A stretch of 12,610 bases of DNA from Candidatus Xenobia bacterium (GTDB taxonomy: Bacteria > Vulcanimicrobiota > Xenobia > Xenobiales > QWHO01): NCBI GenBank assembly GCA_045863235.1, contig BTUM01000136.1:1-12610 (forward strand). Direction: 5' to 3'. The notes under the pieces are model-generated. The model saw nothing but the letters and a program-made list of their open reading frames with translations, searched no databases and had not been told where the DNA came from. The translations under genes and the position numbers were made by a program. Below, in pieces: positions 1-7,801 of the stretch. Each line of letters begins with the position of its first letter. The first letter of the stretch is position 1.

Positions 1-34
<34 letters not shown>

Positions 35-125
35 ACGATAGAGTTCTCGAGCGCCATTTGGCCTCGCAGCAACTCCAGACTCCCAAGTCGATCAGGTGTG
101 CAACACAGAATGCCGTTATCCAGTT

Positions 126-159
126 GTCAGCGACCGTTCGGTCTCTGGCTTTTTTCTTT
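126..159 (+). terminator. Rho-independent terminator closing the 16S transcript
   Basis: Stem GTCAGCGACC (126-135), loop GTTC, GGTCTCTGGC (140-149): 10 positions with one G-U and one mismatch. Followed by TTTTTTCTTT (150-159). Confidence 0.75.
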
Positions 160-212
160 GCCAGGATCCCCTCGCCGCAACGGCGAACGCCGGTTACCTG
201 CAAGTTGGCCCC

Positions 213-256
213 TTGTGGCCCGCAGTGTTCTAGCTCTAGTGTTCTATGAAAGGCGG
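213..256 (+). promoter_or_regulatory. Putative sigma70-type promoter and RBS of the BMC operon, overlapped by a 9-bp direct repeat
   Basis: TTGTGG (213-218), 18 nt spacer, TAGTGT (237-242). AGTGTTCTA at 224-232 and 238-246. Purine-rich RBS GAAAGGCGG (248-256) ahead of TTG at 265. Confidence 0.4.
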
Positions 257-264
257 ATCCTCAC

Positions 265-579
265 TTGATCACAACCTATGAAGCTCTGGGAATGATCGAA
301 ACCCGGGGGCTGGTCGCGATGGTCGAAGCGGCCGACGCAATGGTCAAAGCAGCCAACGTCAAGCTCATCGGCTATGAGAAAATCGGAGCGGGCTACGTGA
401 CCGCCCTCGTTCGAGGCGACGTTGCCGCGGTTCGCGCCGCGACCGACGCCGGCGCCGCTGCGGCCCGCAAAGTCGGCGAGCTCATTTCGGTCCACGTTAT
501 TCCCCGCCCTCACAAGGACCTGGACGATGTTCTTCCCATCGCTCCTCCGCGTGATCAGAAGACCCCGTCCGGTAAGTAG
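265..579 (+). CDS. BMC shell hexamer protein (BMC-H; PduA/EutM/CcmK family)
   Basis: [26 protein letters not shown]...[24 protein letters not shown]...VHVIPRPH is the canonical single BMC domain. TTG start with RBS. Confidence 0.97.
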   Translation: MITTYEALGMIETRGLVAMVEAADAMVKAANVKLIGYEKIGAGYVTALVRGDVAAVRAATDAGAAAARKVGELISVHVIPRPHKDLDDVLPIAPPRDQKTPSGK

Positions 580-602
580 GGGGCTGAGTTCCCACCTCGC
601 CA

Positions 603-1331
603 GTGGACGCGCTGATCGAATCCATCACCGAGTTGGTGCTGGCCGAGCTGTCTCGCGAGCATCCGCTTCCGGCTGCTGTACCGCCTGCCGAGAGCAAGCG
701 AAAGCTGCTGCTTTGTCCAGTCCCTGGGGGGGAGTCATCCGCCCCCGTCTGGGAAGCTCTGCGTGGGCTAGATGTCGCCTGGTCAGTGGCTGTTTGGCCT
801 GGCTTTCCTGCCACCGCAGTGGATGCCAGTCTGGGTCAGAAACCCTGGCGCCCCGCGATAGGTGCTGCCGATGACTTGGTGCGCGAGTTCGAAGCCGTGG
901 TGCTGCCTGTGCTGACCCTCGACCTCCTGCCCAGGTTGGCCCTACTTCTGGGGGATCTTCTGCCGGTGCAACTGGCAGTGGCCGCCTTGGTGCAAGGAGT
1001 GCCCGTCCTGGCTGCTCCCGAGGAAGTCGACCGATTTAGGCGCCATGCCAGCCGCCTTCCGGCAGGTCTCCTGGCCGTGGTTCAGCAGCACTTGCGCTCC
1101 ATCGAAGCCCTGGGAATACGCCTACTGCCTGCTCGAGCCCTGGCCCAAGAGTTGTCTGGCTCTCTTTCTGGCGGCTCGGCCTCCCGTGGCCGCGATGTCG
1201 TCACCCAGGAAGACCTCCTGGCTGCAGTTCAGGCGGGCCAGCAGATCTTTGAGGTGGCCCCAGGCGCCATCGTGACTCCCCTGGCTCTCGAGACCGCCCG
1301 ACAACGTGGGATCGAGGTGCGCTTTCGATGA
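603..1331 (+). CDS. BMC-associated flavoprotein-like protein with N-terminal encapsulation-peptide-like helix
   Basis: N-terminal amphipathic helix DALIESITELVLAELS plus Pro/Ala linker. Central VVLPVLTLDLLPRLALLLGD...ALVQGVPVLAA resembles the HFCD/flavoprotein fold. C-terminal VVTQEDL...GAIVTPLALETARQRGIEV resembles a small domain recurrent in metabolosome proteins. GTG start with weak RBS. Confidence 0.7.
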   Translation: MDALIESITELVLAELSREHPLPAAVPPAESKRKLLLCPVPGGESSAPVWEALRGLDVAWSVAVWPGFPATAVDASLGQKPWRPAIGAADDLVREFEAVVLPVLTLDLLPRLALLLGDLLPVQLAVAALVQGVPVLAAPEEVDRFRRHASRLPAGLLAVVQQHLRSIEALGIRLLPARALAQELSGSLSGGSASRGRDVVTQEDLLAAVQAGQQIFEVAPGAIVTPLALETARQRGIEVRFR

Positions 1332-1624
1332 TGCTCGGTCGTGTGGTCGGAACTGTTGTCTGCACTCAGAAGGACGAGCGGCTCGAGGGTGTCACCCTTC
1401 AGCTTGTGCTTCCCCTCAGCCTGCAAGACCTCAAGCCTGATGGGAAACCCGTGGTTGCTGTGGACACAGTTGGCGCCGGCGAGGGCGAGGTCGTGCTGGT
1501 TGTGGCGGGAAGCTCTGCTCGTCAGACCGACCAGACCCAGAACACCCCCACGGACGCGGTCATTATGGCCATCGTCGACAGCCTTGACCTCGAGGGCAAG
1601 CGCATCTACAGCAAGAAGGACTGA
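1328..1624 (+). CDS. BMC shell pentamer (BMC-P; EutN/CcmL family) #1
   Basis: MLGRVVGTVVCTQKDERLEG...VAVDTVGAGEGEVVLVVAGSSAR...DAVIMAIVD. Start overlaps the upstream stop (ATG 1328 or 1331). Confidence 0.96.
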   Translation: MMLGRVVGTVVCTQKDERLEGVTLQLVLPLSLQDLKPDGKPVVAVDTVGAGEGEVVLVVAGSSARQTDQTQNTPTDAVIMAIVDSLDLEGKRIYSKKD

Positions 1625-1629
1625 ACGCA

Positions 1630-3042
1630 ATGGATCGCGAGCATATTCGGAAAATCGTCGAAGAAGTCGTTCGGCGCGTGCAGACCGCCGAGCCGCCTTC
1701 CCCTCTGCCCTCGACCGCGGGTGGCATCTTCGAGCAGGTCGATGATGCCGTCGAGGCTGCCCATCGCGCCCAGAGGGCATGGCTCGGCCTCACCCTCGAG
1801 AAGCGTTCTGAGTGCGTTCAGGCGATGCGGCGCGTTTCTCTTGAGAATGCTCGCGAGATGGCTCAGTTGGCCCACGTCGAGACGGGCCTTGGTCGTCCCG
1901 AGAACAAGCTGGCCAAGAACATCCTCCAGGCCAACAAGACTCCTGGTCCTGAGGATGTGGAGCCCCGCATCGCCACCGGCGATCATGGCATGACGCTGAC
2001 CGAGCTGGCTCCCTTTGGCGTCATCTGCTCTGTGACCCCTACCACGAACCCTGTAGCCACCATCATCAACAATGCCATCTCCATGGTATCCGCCGGCAAC
2101 GCTGTCGTCTTCAGTCCTCACCCCCGCGCCAGAGGCTGCTGCACCAAGATGATTCAGCTCCTCAACGGCGCCATCGCCGCAGCCGGCGGTCCGACCACCC
2201 TGCTGACCGCTCCTTCCAACCCCAGCCAGGAAGTCAGCCAACAGCTCATGAAACATGCCGGCATTCGTTGCCTGGTCGTCACCGGTGGTCCGTACATCGT
2301 CAAGCTTGCCATGACCAGCGGTAAAAAGTGCATCGCAGCCGGTCCTGGCAACCCTCCCGTCGTGGTCGACGCCACCGCCGACCTGCCCCGGGCCGCCCGA
2401 GCCATCGTGGATGGCTCTTCTTTCGACAACAACATCATGTGCACGTGCGAGAAAGAAGTTTTTGTCGTCGATTCCGTCTTCAAAGAACTCAAAGAGCGCA
2501 TGCTCGGCTACGGCTGTTACCAGCTTACCTCCCGCCAGCTCGATCAGTTGACCGCAGTGATCTTCAGTCCTCCCCCCGTAGGCAAATCCCGCCCCGTCCT
2601 CAACACCGATCTCGTCGGGCTTCATGCCAGCGACATCGCCAAGACAATCGGTCTGGATCTGCCCCGAGAGACCCGCCTGCTGATCGCCGAGACCTATCCT
2701 GATCATCCCCTTGTCATGAACGAGCAGATGATGCCCGTCCTGCCCCTGGTCGCGTGCAAGAACGTCCAGGAGGCCATCGACCTCGCCGTCCAGGCTGAGG
2801 GCGGCCGTTCCCATACTGCCGTCATGCACTCGCGCGACATCGAGCACCTCTCCTGGATGGCCAAAGTCTCCAACGCCAACATCTTCGTCAAGAACGGTCC
2901 CAACTACGCCGGCCTCGGCTTTGGCGGTGAGGGCACCACGACAATGACCATTGCCGGCTCGACCGGTGAGGGCGTAACCACCGCGCGCACCTTTACGCGC
3001 CAGCGGCGTTGCGCCCTCATCGACTCCTTCCGGATCATTTAG
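1630..3042 (+). CDS. CoA-acylating aldehyde dehydrogenase (EutE/PduP family) with N-terminal encapsulation peptide
   Basis: Motifs PFGVICSVTPTTNP, VTGG, AGPGNPP, SFDNNIMCTCEKE (catalytic Cys), EQMMPVLP, GFGGEG...TGEG.T.ARTFTRQRRC. N-terminal DREHIRKIVEEVVRRV plus Pro-rich linker. Confidence 0.96.
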   Translation: MDREHIRKIVEEVVRRVQTAEPPSPLPSTAGGIFEQVDDAVEAAHRAQRAWLGLTLEKRSECVQAMRRVSLENAREMAQLAHVETGLGRPENKLAKNILQANKTPGPEDVEPRIATGDHGMTLTELAPFGVICSVTPTTNPVATIINNAISMVSAGNAVVFSPHPRARGCCTKMIQLLNGAIAAAGGPTTLLTAPSNPSQEVSQQLMKHAGIRCLVVTGGPYIVKLAMTSGKKCIAAGPGNPPVVVDATADLPRAARAIVDGSSFDNNIMCTCEKEVFVVDSVFKELKERMLGYGCYQLTSRQLDQLTAVIFSPPPVGKSRPVLNTDLVGLHASDIAKTIGLDLPRETRLLIAETYPDHPLVMNEQMMPVLPLVACKNVQEAIDLAVQAEGGRSHTAVMHSRDIEHLSWMAKVSNANIFVKNGPNYAGLGFGGEGTTTMTIAGSTGEGVTTARTFTRQRRCALIDSFRII

Positions 3043-3049
3043 GAGGCCT

Positions 3050-3514
3050 ATGCGTGTAGTCATCGCCAGCGATCACGGCGGGTTCGAGCTCAAGCAGGCA
3101 TTGCTAGGTCTCATCCGAGAGCTCGGCCACGAGCTCATCGACTATGGCACCCATTCTCCCGATCCTGTCGACTATCCCGACTTCGCTCTCCTGGTGGCCT
3201 GCGCCGTCCAGAAGAGCCCTCATGACACCGTAGGCATTATGATCGACGGCGCCGGCACCGGATCGGCCATTACCGCCAACAAGGTGCCCGGCGTGCGTGC
3301 GGCCGCCTGCTATGACCCCTTCACCGCCCGTAACTCCCGCGAGCACAACAACGCTAACCTTCTCACCCTCGGCTCTCGCGTCACCGGCTCCGAGCTTGCT
3401 AAAGAAATTGTCCGGACCTGGCTTTCCTCCAGTTTCGGCGGCGGGCGCCACCAGGGTCGCTTCGAGAAAGTCCTGCAAGTCGAGCGCTGCTTTCTGAAGG
3501 ACCCATGTTCTTAG
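3050..3514 (+). CDS. rpiB: Ribose-5-phosphate isomerase B family sugar-phosphate isomerase
   Basis: ASDHGGFELK, VDYPDFA, ANKVPGVRAA, SREHNNANLLTLG, FGGGRHQGR. Strong SD AGGAGG directly upstream. Active-site loop reads DGAGTG instead of CGTG. Confidence 0.93.
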   Translation: MRVVIASDHGGFELKQALLGLIRELGHELIDYGTHSPDPVDYPDFALLVACAVQKSPHDTVGIMIDGAGTGSAITANKVPGVRAAACYDPFTARNSREHNNANLLTLGSRVTGSELAKEIVRTWLSSSFGGGRHQGRFEKVLQVERCFLKDPCS

Positions 3515-3771
3515 GCGTCGTGAAGGGTACTGTGGTCGCTACCCGCAAGACCCCGTCGTTGCAGTGCGCCACGCTGCGAGTCGTCCAGCCCGTCCACCAT
3601 GACGGAAAGCAGGCTGGCAGTTGGCTCGTGGCCGTCGACACCGTGTCCAGCCGGGAGGGTGACCTTGTCTACCTGGTCAAGGGCCGCGAGGCCACCATCC
3701 CCTGGAAAGCCGATCTGGCCCCCATCGACGCCACCATCGTGGGCCTGGTGGACGGATTGAGCCTCTCATGA
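3505..3771 (+). CDS. BMC shell pentamer (BMC-P; EutN/CcmL family) #2
   Basis: MFLGVVKGTVVATRK...LVAVDTVSSREGDLVYLVKGREA...IDATIVGLVD. Overlaps rpiB by 10 nt. Confidence 0.93.
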   Translation: MFLGVVKGTVVATRKTPSLQCATLRVVQPVHHDGKQAGSWLVAVDTVSSREGDLVYLVKGREATIPWKADLAPIDATIVGLVDGLSLS

Positions 3772-4049
3772 TCCTTGCTCGTGTCGAAGGCTCCCTCTGG
3801 TCCTCCACTCAGGACCCTGGCTTCGACGGCCTGGCCCTCAAACTCGTGCAGCCCGTCGATGCTCGCAGTGGCAAGCCTGAGGGAGCCAGCATCCTGGCCG
3901 CTGACAGCGTGGCCAGCCGGGTCGACGACCTGGTTATCGTCGTCTACGAGGGCTCCTCCAGCCGTATGGTGCTGGGGAATCCCGCCACCCCTTGCGAGGC
4001 TGTCATCGTAGGCATTGTAGACCGCATCGACATGATGGAGGAAACCTGA
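3768..4049 (+). CDS. BMC shell pentamer (BMC-P; EutN/CcmL family) #3
   Basis: [16 protein letters not shown]...LKLVQP...[23 protein letters not shown]...[13 protein letters not shown] overlap with the previous gene. Confidence 0.92.
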   Translation: MILARVEGSLWSSTQDPGFDGLALKLVQPVDARSGKPEGASILAADSVASRVDDLVIVVYEGSSSRMVLGNPATPCEAVIVGIVDRIDMMEET

Positions 4050-4972
4050 TGGACATCGAAGCTCTGGTCGCGCGCATCACCCAGGAGGTCATGCAGCAGC
4101 TCGACAGCCGCTCGGACGATCCCCGCGTCCCCCCTCCTGCCCGCCATCCCCAGCCTGTCGGCCGTTCCGACAAGACCTGCTACAAACGGGCCACCGGCGA
4201 GTGTGCGGGAGTTGGCTGCTGCGCCGAGCTCATCCCCCAGGACGTGCGTGCAATCGTCCACTCCGGTGCCGAGCGGGTCGGCAACCTGCTTGGCGGGCGC
4301 GTGGTCCACTCGGATCTTGCCCGCCTCATCGATCACACCCTCCTCAAGCCCGATGCGACGCGCGATCAGGTCATGCTCTTGTGCCAGGAAGCCCGCGAGA
4401 ACCTGTTTGCCTCGGTGTGCATCAACCCGTCCTGGGTCGCCCTGTGTGCCGAGCAGCTTCGCGGCTCTGGCGTCAAGGTGTGCACCGTCGTCGGTTTTCC
4501 CCTGGGAGCCACCACCACCGTCACCAAGGTCATGGAGACCCGCGACGCCGTCGCCAACGGTGCTGACGAGATCGACATGGTCGTCAACGTCGCCGCCCTC
4601 AAAGACGGCCAGGACGGCTTTGTCGAGCAGGACATCCGCGAAGTCGTGGGTGCTGCTTCCGGCCGCATCGTCAAGGTCATTCTGGAGACCGCCCTGTTGT
4701 CCGACGAGGAAGTCGTGCGCGGCTGCCATCTTTCCAAGCGTGCCGGAGCCGACTTCGTCAAGACTTCCACCGGCTTTGGCCCGGGTGGGGCCACCTCTCA
4801 TCACGTCGCCCTCATGCGCAAGACGGTCGGCCCGACCATGGGCGTCAAGGCTTCGGGCGGCATTCGCGATCTCGAGACTGCTCAGGAGATGGTCAAGGCC
4901 GGTGCCACCCGCATCGGTGCTTCAGCCTCGGTCAAGATTGTCCGGGGCGAGAAGGGCACCGGGACCTACTGA
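4049..4972 (+). CDS. deoC: Deoxyribose-phosphate aldolase (DERA) with N-terminal encapsulation peptide and Cys-rich extension
   Basis: [44 protein letters not shown] (Schiff-base Lys), [17 protein letters not shown]-terminal Tyr. Start placed at ATG 4049 (TGATG overlap, SD GGAGG 4037-4041) rather than ORF-track 3992; 307 aa. Confidence 0.96.
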   Translation: MDIEALVARITQEVMQQLDSRSDDPRVPPPARHPQPVGRSDKTCYKRATGECAGVGCCAELIPQDVRAIVHSGAERVGNLLGGRVVHSDLARLIDHTLLKPDATRDQVMLLCQEARENLFASVCINPSWVALCAEQLRGSGVKVCTVVGFPLGATTTVTKVMETRDAVANGADEIDMVVNVAALKDGQDGFVEQDIREVVGAASGRIVKVILETALLSDEEVVRGCHLSKRAGADFVKTSTGFGPGGATSHHVALMRKTVGPTMGVKASGGIRDLETAQEMVKAGATRIGASASVKIVRGEKGTGTY

Positions 4973-5712
4973 GTCGCCTCTACCGGGCCGACCTGCTCAT
5001 CTTGCGTCGCCGTCCCCTGGGCGAAGCTGACGAGATCGTGACCTGCCTTTCCCCCGAGCAAGGCAAGCTGGATGCTGTCGCCAAAGGCTCCCGACGCTCT
5101 CAGAGCCGCCTGGTGGGCTTGCTTGAGCCCTTCACCTACCTGCATGCCCAGCTTGCTCGAGGAAAGACCCTTGACCCCATAACCCAGGCCCGTCCCGTCA
5201 AGACCTTTCCCGCCCTGCGCGCCGATCTCGAGCGCCTGGCCTATGGCAGCTATCTGCTCGAGCTGTGGTCGAGCTGCCTGCCCTTCCGCGAGCCGGCTCC
5301 CCGTGCTTTTTCGTTGCTGGTCCAGGGCCTGGATGCCCTGGACCGTGGTTGGAGCCCGACCCTCCTCTGCCGTTGGCTCGAGCTCCATCTGCTCGACGAG
5401 CTCGGCTACGGTCCCGACTTCTCCGAGTGCCTCAGCTGTGGGCACTCCGTCAGACAGGGATGGTTTTCTCCCGCCGCCGGTCAGATCGCCTGCCGCGACT
5501 GCGGTCCTTCCGCTCCTGGAGCCCTGCCCGTCAGTCCCAGGGCCGTTTCCGCCTTCCGCCACCTGCGCCGAATGGCCCTTGGCGAGCTACAGGGCCGCGC
5601 CCCCACATCTGAGCTGGCCGCTGAGCTGCAAGGACTGCTTCGCGCTCACCTGTCTCACCACTGGCCTCACTCCTTACGTTCCCTGAAGGTGCTCGAGAGC
5701 CTGGCTGGATGA
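4969..5712 (+). CDS. recO: DNA repair protein RecO
   Basis: [14 protein letters not shown]...[12 protein letters not shown]...LEPF OB-fold; [14 protein letters not shown]...CRDC zinc finger. The frame continues upstream of ORF-track TTG 5002 as (CTG)[10 protein letters not shown], so the start is probably CTG 4969. Confidence 0.93.
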   Translation: MSRLYRADLLILRRRPLGEADEIVTCLSPEQGKLDAVAKGSRRSQSRLVGLLEPFTYLHAQLARGKTLDPITQARPVKTFPALRADLERLAYGSYLLELWSSCLPFREPAPRAFSLLVQGLDALDRGWSPTLLCRWLELHLLDELGYGPDFSECLSCGHSVRQGWFSPAAGQIACRDCGPSAPGALPVSPRAVSAFRHLRRMALGELQGRAPTSELAAELQGLLRAHLSHHWPHSLRSLKVLESLAG

Positions 5713-6122
5713 GGTTGCTCGGAATCGATCATGGTCGCGCCCGTCTGGGCGTGGCGCTCTCCGATCCCTCGGGTCTGCTGGCCACCCCTCTCCAGACTCT
5801 GGATGCTCGCCGTCTCAAGCCTTTGCTGGCCAACCTCAAGAGACTCGTCCTCGACCATCAGGTCGAGGCTCTGGTGCTGGGTCTTCCCCTGCAGCTCCAG
5901 GATGGGACCGAGGGCACCCAGGCTCAGGCAGTGCGGAAGTTTGCCCGCATTCTCCAGGAGCAGTTGGATCTGCCCGTCCACTTCCAGGATGAGCGCTTGA
6001 CCAGTCAGGAAGCCAGCCGACTGGCTCGCCAGAACCTGGACAGCGTGGCCGCCGCGCTCATCCTTCAGGCCTACCTCGACGAGAGGAAGCGCACGTCGCG
6101 CCGAGAAGCCCCGCCCTCGTGA
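5709..6122 (+). CDS. ruvX: YqgF/RuvX family RNase H-fold nuclease (pre-16S rRNA nuclease / Holliday junction resolvase-like)
   Basis: [50 protein letters not shown] overlap with recO. Confidence 0.94.
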   Translation: MRLLGIDHGRARLGVALSDPSGLLATPLQTLDARRLKPLLANLKRLVLDHQVEALVLGLPLQLQDGTEGTQAQAVRKFARILQEQLDLPVHFQDERLTSQEASRLARQNLDSVAAALILQAYLDERKRTSRREAPPS

Positions 6123-7120
6123 AGGGGCTTCTCAAAGTCGTCCGATTTGGCTGCCTGGCATTCCTTATCCTGGCCTCCGCCTTCATGTACTGGATGAGTC
6201 AGGTCTTTTCGCCCGCCAAGACGACCTCCGAGCAGGTGGTCATCGAGGTTCCCCCTGGTGCCACCGGGGGTGAAGTGGCCGAGCTGCTGGAGAAGAGGGG
6301 CGTGATCCGCTCAGCCTTCGCCCTGAGACTCCTTATGCGTGTCACCACTGACATGCAGGTGCAGGCCGGTCACTATGAGGTGGATCCCAGCAAGTCCCCG
6401 CTCTTGATCCTGAAGGATCTCTCCCACGCTCAGCCGTTATCGCGCAAGGCCACCCTCCCCGAGGGCCTCACTCTGCCCGAGGTGTGCGACGTGCTGGGTA
6501 AGGAGAAGGTCGTGAGCGACCCCAAGAGGCTGCTTGCCTTCGTGCGCGAGAAGGGCCAGACCATCGACAAGAGCTTGCCCGCCAACCTGGAGGGCTATCT
6601 CTTTCCCGACACCTATGAATTCGGCTGGGACGCTACTGAGGAGGAGGTCGTCCGCCAGATGACCGGTCGTTTTCGCGAGGTAGTCGACCCCATGTGGGCC
6701 AAGCACAAGAAGAAAGCCCCGCTGTCCTTGCGTGAGACGGTTATTCTTGCTTCCCTGGTCGAGCGTGAGGCCCAGGTTTCTTCCGAGCGCCCCTTGATCG
6801 CCGGGGTCTACATCAACCGTCTGAAGAAGGGGATGCTCTTGCAGTGCGACGCCACCGTGCAGTTCGCGCTGGGGGCCCCCAAGAAGGTCCTTACCTACGA
6901 TGACCTCAAGCTTGAGTCTCCCTACAACACCTATCTTCACGCCGGCTTGCCCCCCGGTCCCATCGCCAATCCTGGCAAGGCTTCGTTGGAAGCGGCTATG
7001 AGCCCGGAGCGCTCGCCGTATCTCTTCTATGTGCGCAACGACGTCAAGGGGGACGGCAGTCACGTCTTCTCGCGAACCTATGAGGAGCATAACGATGCCA
7101 TCCGGAAATACCAACGTTAA
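6119..7120 (+). CDS. mltG: Endolytic transglycosylase MltG (YceG family)
   Basis: N-terminal TM helix; [24 protein letters not shown] (catalytic Glu), [40 protein letters not shown] overlap with ruvX. Confidence 0.96.
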   Translation: MKGLLKVVRFGCLAFLILASAFMYWMSQVFSPAKTTSEQVVIEVPPGATGGEVAELLEKRGVIRSAFALRLLMRVTTDMQVQAGHYEVDPSKSPLLILKDLSHAQPLSRKATLPEGLTLPEVCDVLGKEKVVSDPKRLLAFVREKGQTIDKSLPANLEGYLFPDTYEFGWDATEEEVVRQMTGRFREVVDPMWAKHKKKAPLSLRETVILASLVEREAQVSSERPLIAGVYINRLKKGMLLQCDATVQFALGAPKKVLTYDDLKLESPYNTYLHAGLPPGPIANPGKASLEAAMSPERSPYLFYVRNDVKGDGSHVFSRTYEEHNDAIRKYQR

Positions 7121-7727
7121 ACCCCTGGTGATAGGCCTGGCGGGGGGCACTGGCTCGGGCAAGACCACTGTGGCCCGCAAGTTGCAGGACACGTTCCCCG
7201 AGCAGCTCCAGCTCATTCCGCAGGACGCCTACTACCGCGATCAGGCGCATCTGGAGTTGGACAAGCGTCGTTCGACCAACTACGATCACCCGCTGGCTTT
7301 TGACAACGATCTGCTCATCGAGCATCTTGACGCTTTGATCGCAGGTAAGCCCGTCGACCAGCCCGTCTACTCCTTCATCACCCACACCAGGATGAGCGAG
7401 GTGATCCCCGTGCAGCCAGCTGCCATCCTCCTGGTGGAGGGGATCCTGGTCCTGGAGGAGCCTCGCTTGCGCGAGCGGATGGACATCAAGGTGTTCGTGC
7501 AGACCGACGCCGACGTCCGCTTCATCCGTCGGTTGCGTCGTGACATCGTGGAGCGTGGGCGCTCGGTGGACTCGGTCATCGAGCAGTATCTCGGCCAGGT
7601 GCGCCCCATGCATCTTCAGTTCGTTGAGAGCACCAAGCGCTACGCGGATATCATCGTTCCGGAGGGCGGGTCCAACGAAGTCGCCATTGATCTTCTGATG
7701 GTCAAGATTCGCTCGGCTATCGATTAA
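7095..7727 (+). CDS. udk: Uridine kinase
   Basis: [64 protein letters not shown]. Start placed at ATG 7095 (SD GAGGAG 7082-7087) instead of ORF-track 7029; overlaps mltG by 26 nt. Confidence 0.96.
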   Translation: MPSGNTNVKPLVIGLAGGTGSGKTTVARKLQDTFPEQLQLIPQDAYYRDQAHLELDKRRSTNYDHPLAFDNDLLIEHLDALIAGKPVDQPVYSFITHTRMSEVIPVQPAAILLVEGILVLEEPRLRERMDIKVFVQTDADVRFIRRLRRDIVERGRSVDSVIEQYLGQVRPMHLQFVESTKRYADIIVPEGGSNEVAIDLLMVKIRSAID

Positions 7728-7801
7728 TGCGGGGATCAGCTCAGAAAACAAGTCATGAAGCCCGTGGAGGAGATTCTCCAAAGGGTGTGGAACGCATGGT
7801 G

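Noticed and set aside
1606..3063. Long minus-strand ORFs (485 aa here; also 3944..4804, 6437..7216, 7044..7895, 8004..9212, 10044..10976)
   Set aside because: Antisense shadows of well-supported genes, expected in high-GC coding DNA; no recognisable motifs.
3992..4048. ORF-track N-terminal extension of DeoC
   Set aside because: Lies inside BMC-P #3; ATG 4049 has an SD, a TGATG overlap and begins the targeting helix.
265..4972. Ethanolamine/propanediol utilisation BMC, glycyl-radical BMC or carboxysome
   Set aside because: No eutBC, pduCDE, glycyl-radical enzyme or RuBisCO; the signature enzymes are DeoC and RpiB.
4203..5030. 275-aa alternative-frame ORF over deoC, and similar Ser/Pro/Arg-rich frameshifted ORFs
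   Set aside because: Composition typical of off-frame GC-rich sequence; fully overlaps a confident gene.
1630..5712. Apparent C-over-G excess in the BMC-recO part versus the pil part, as a sign of horizontal transfer
   Set aside because: Only an impression from a few lines; it extends into recO and there are no integrase, transposase or flanking repeats. Needs a computed skew and codon-usage test.
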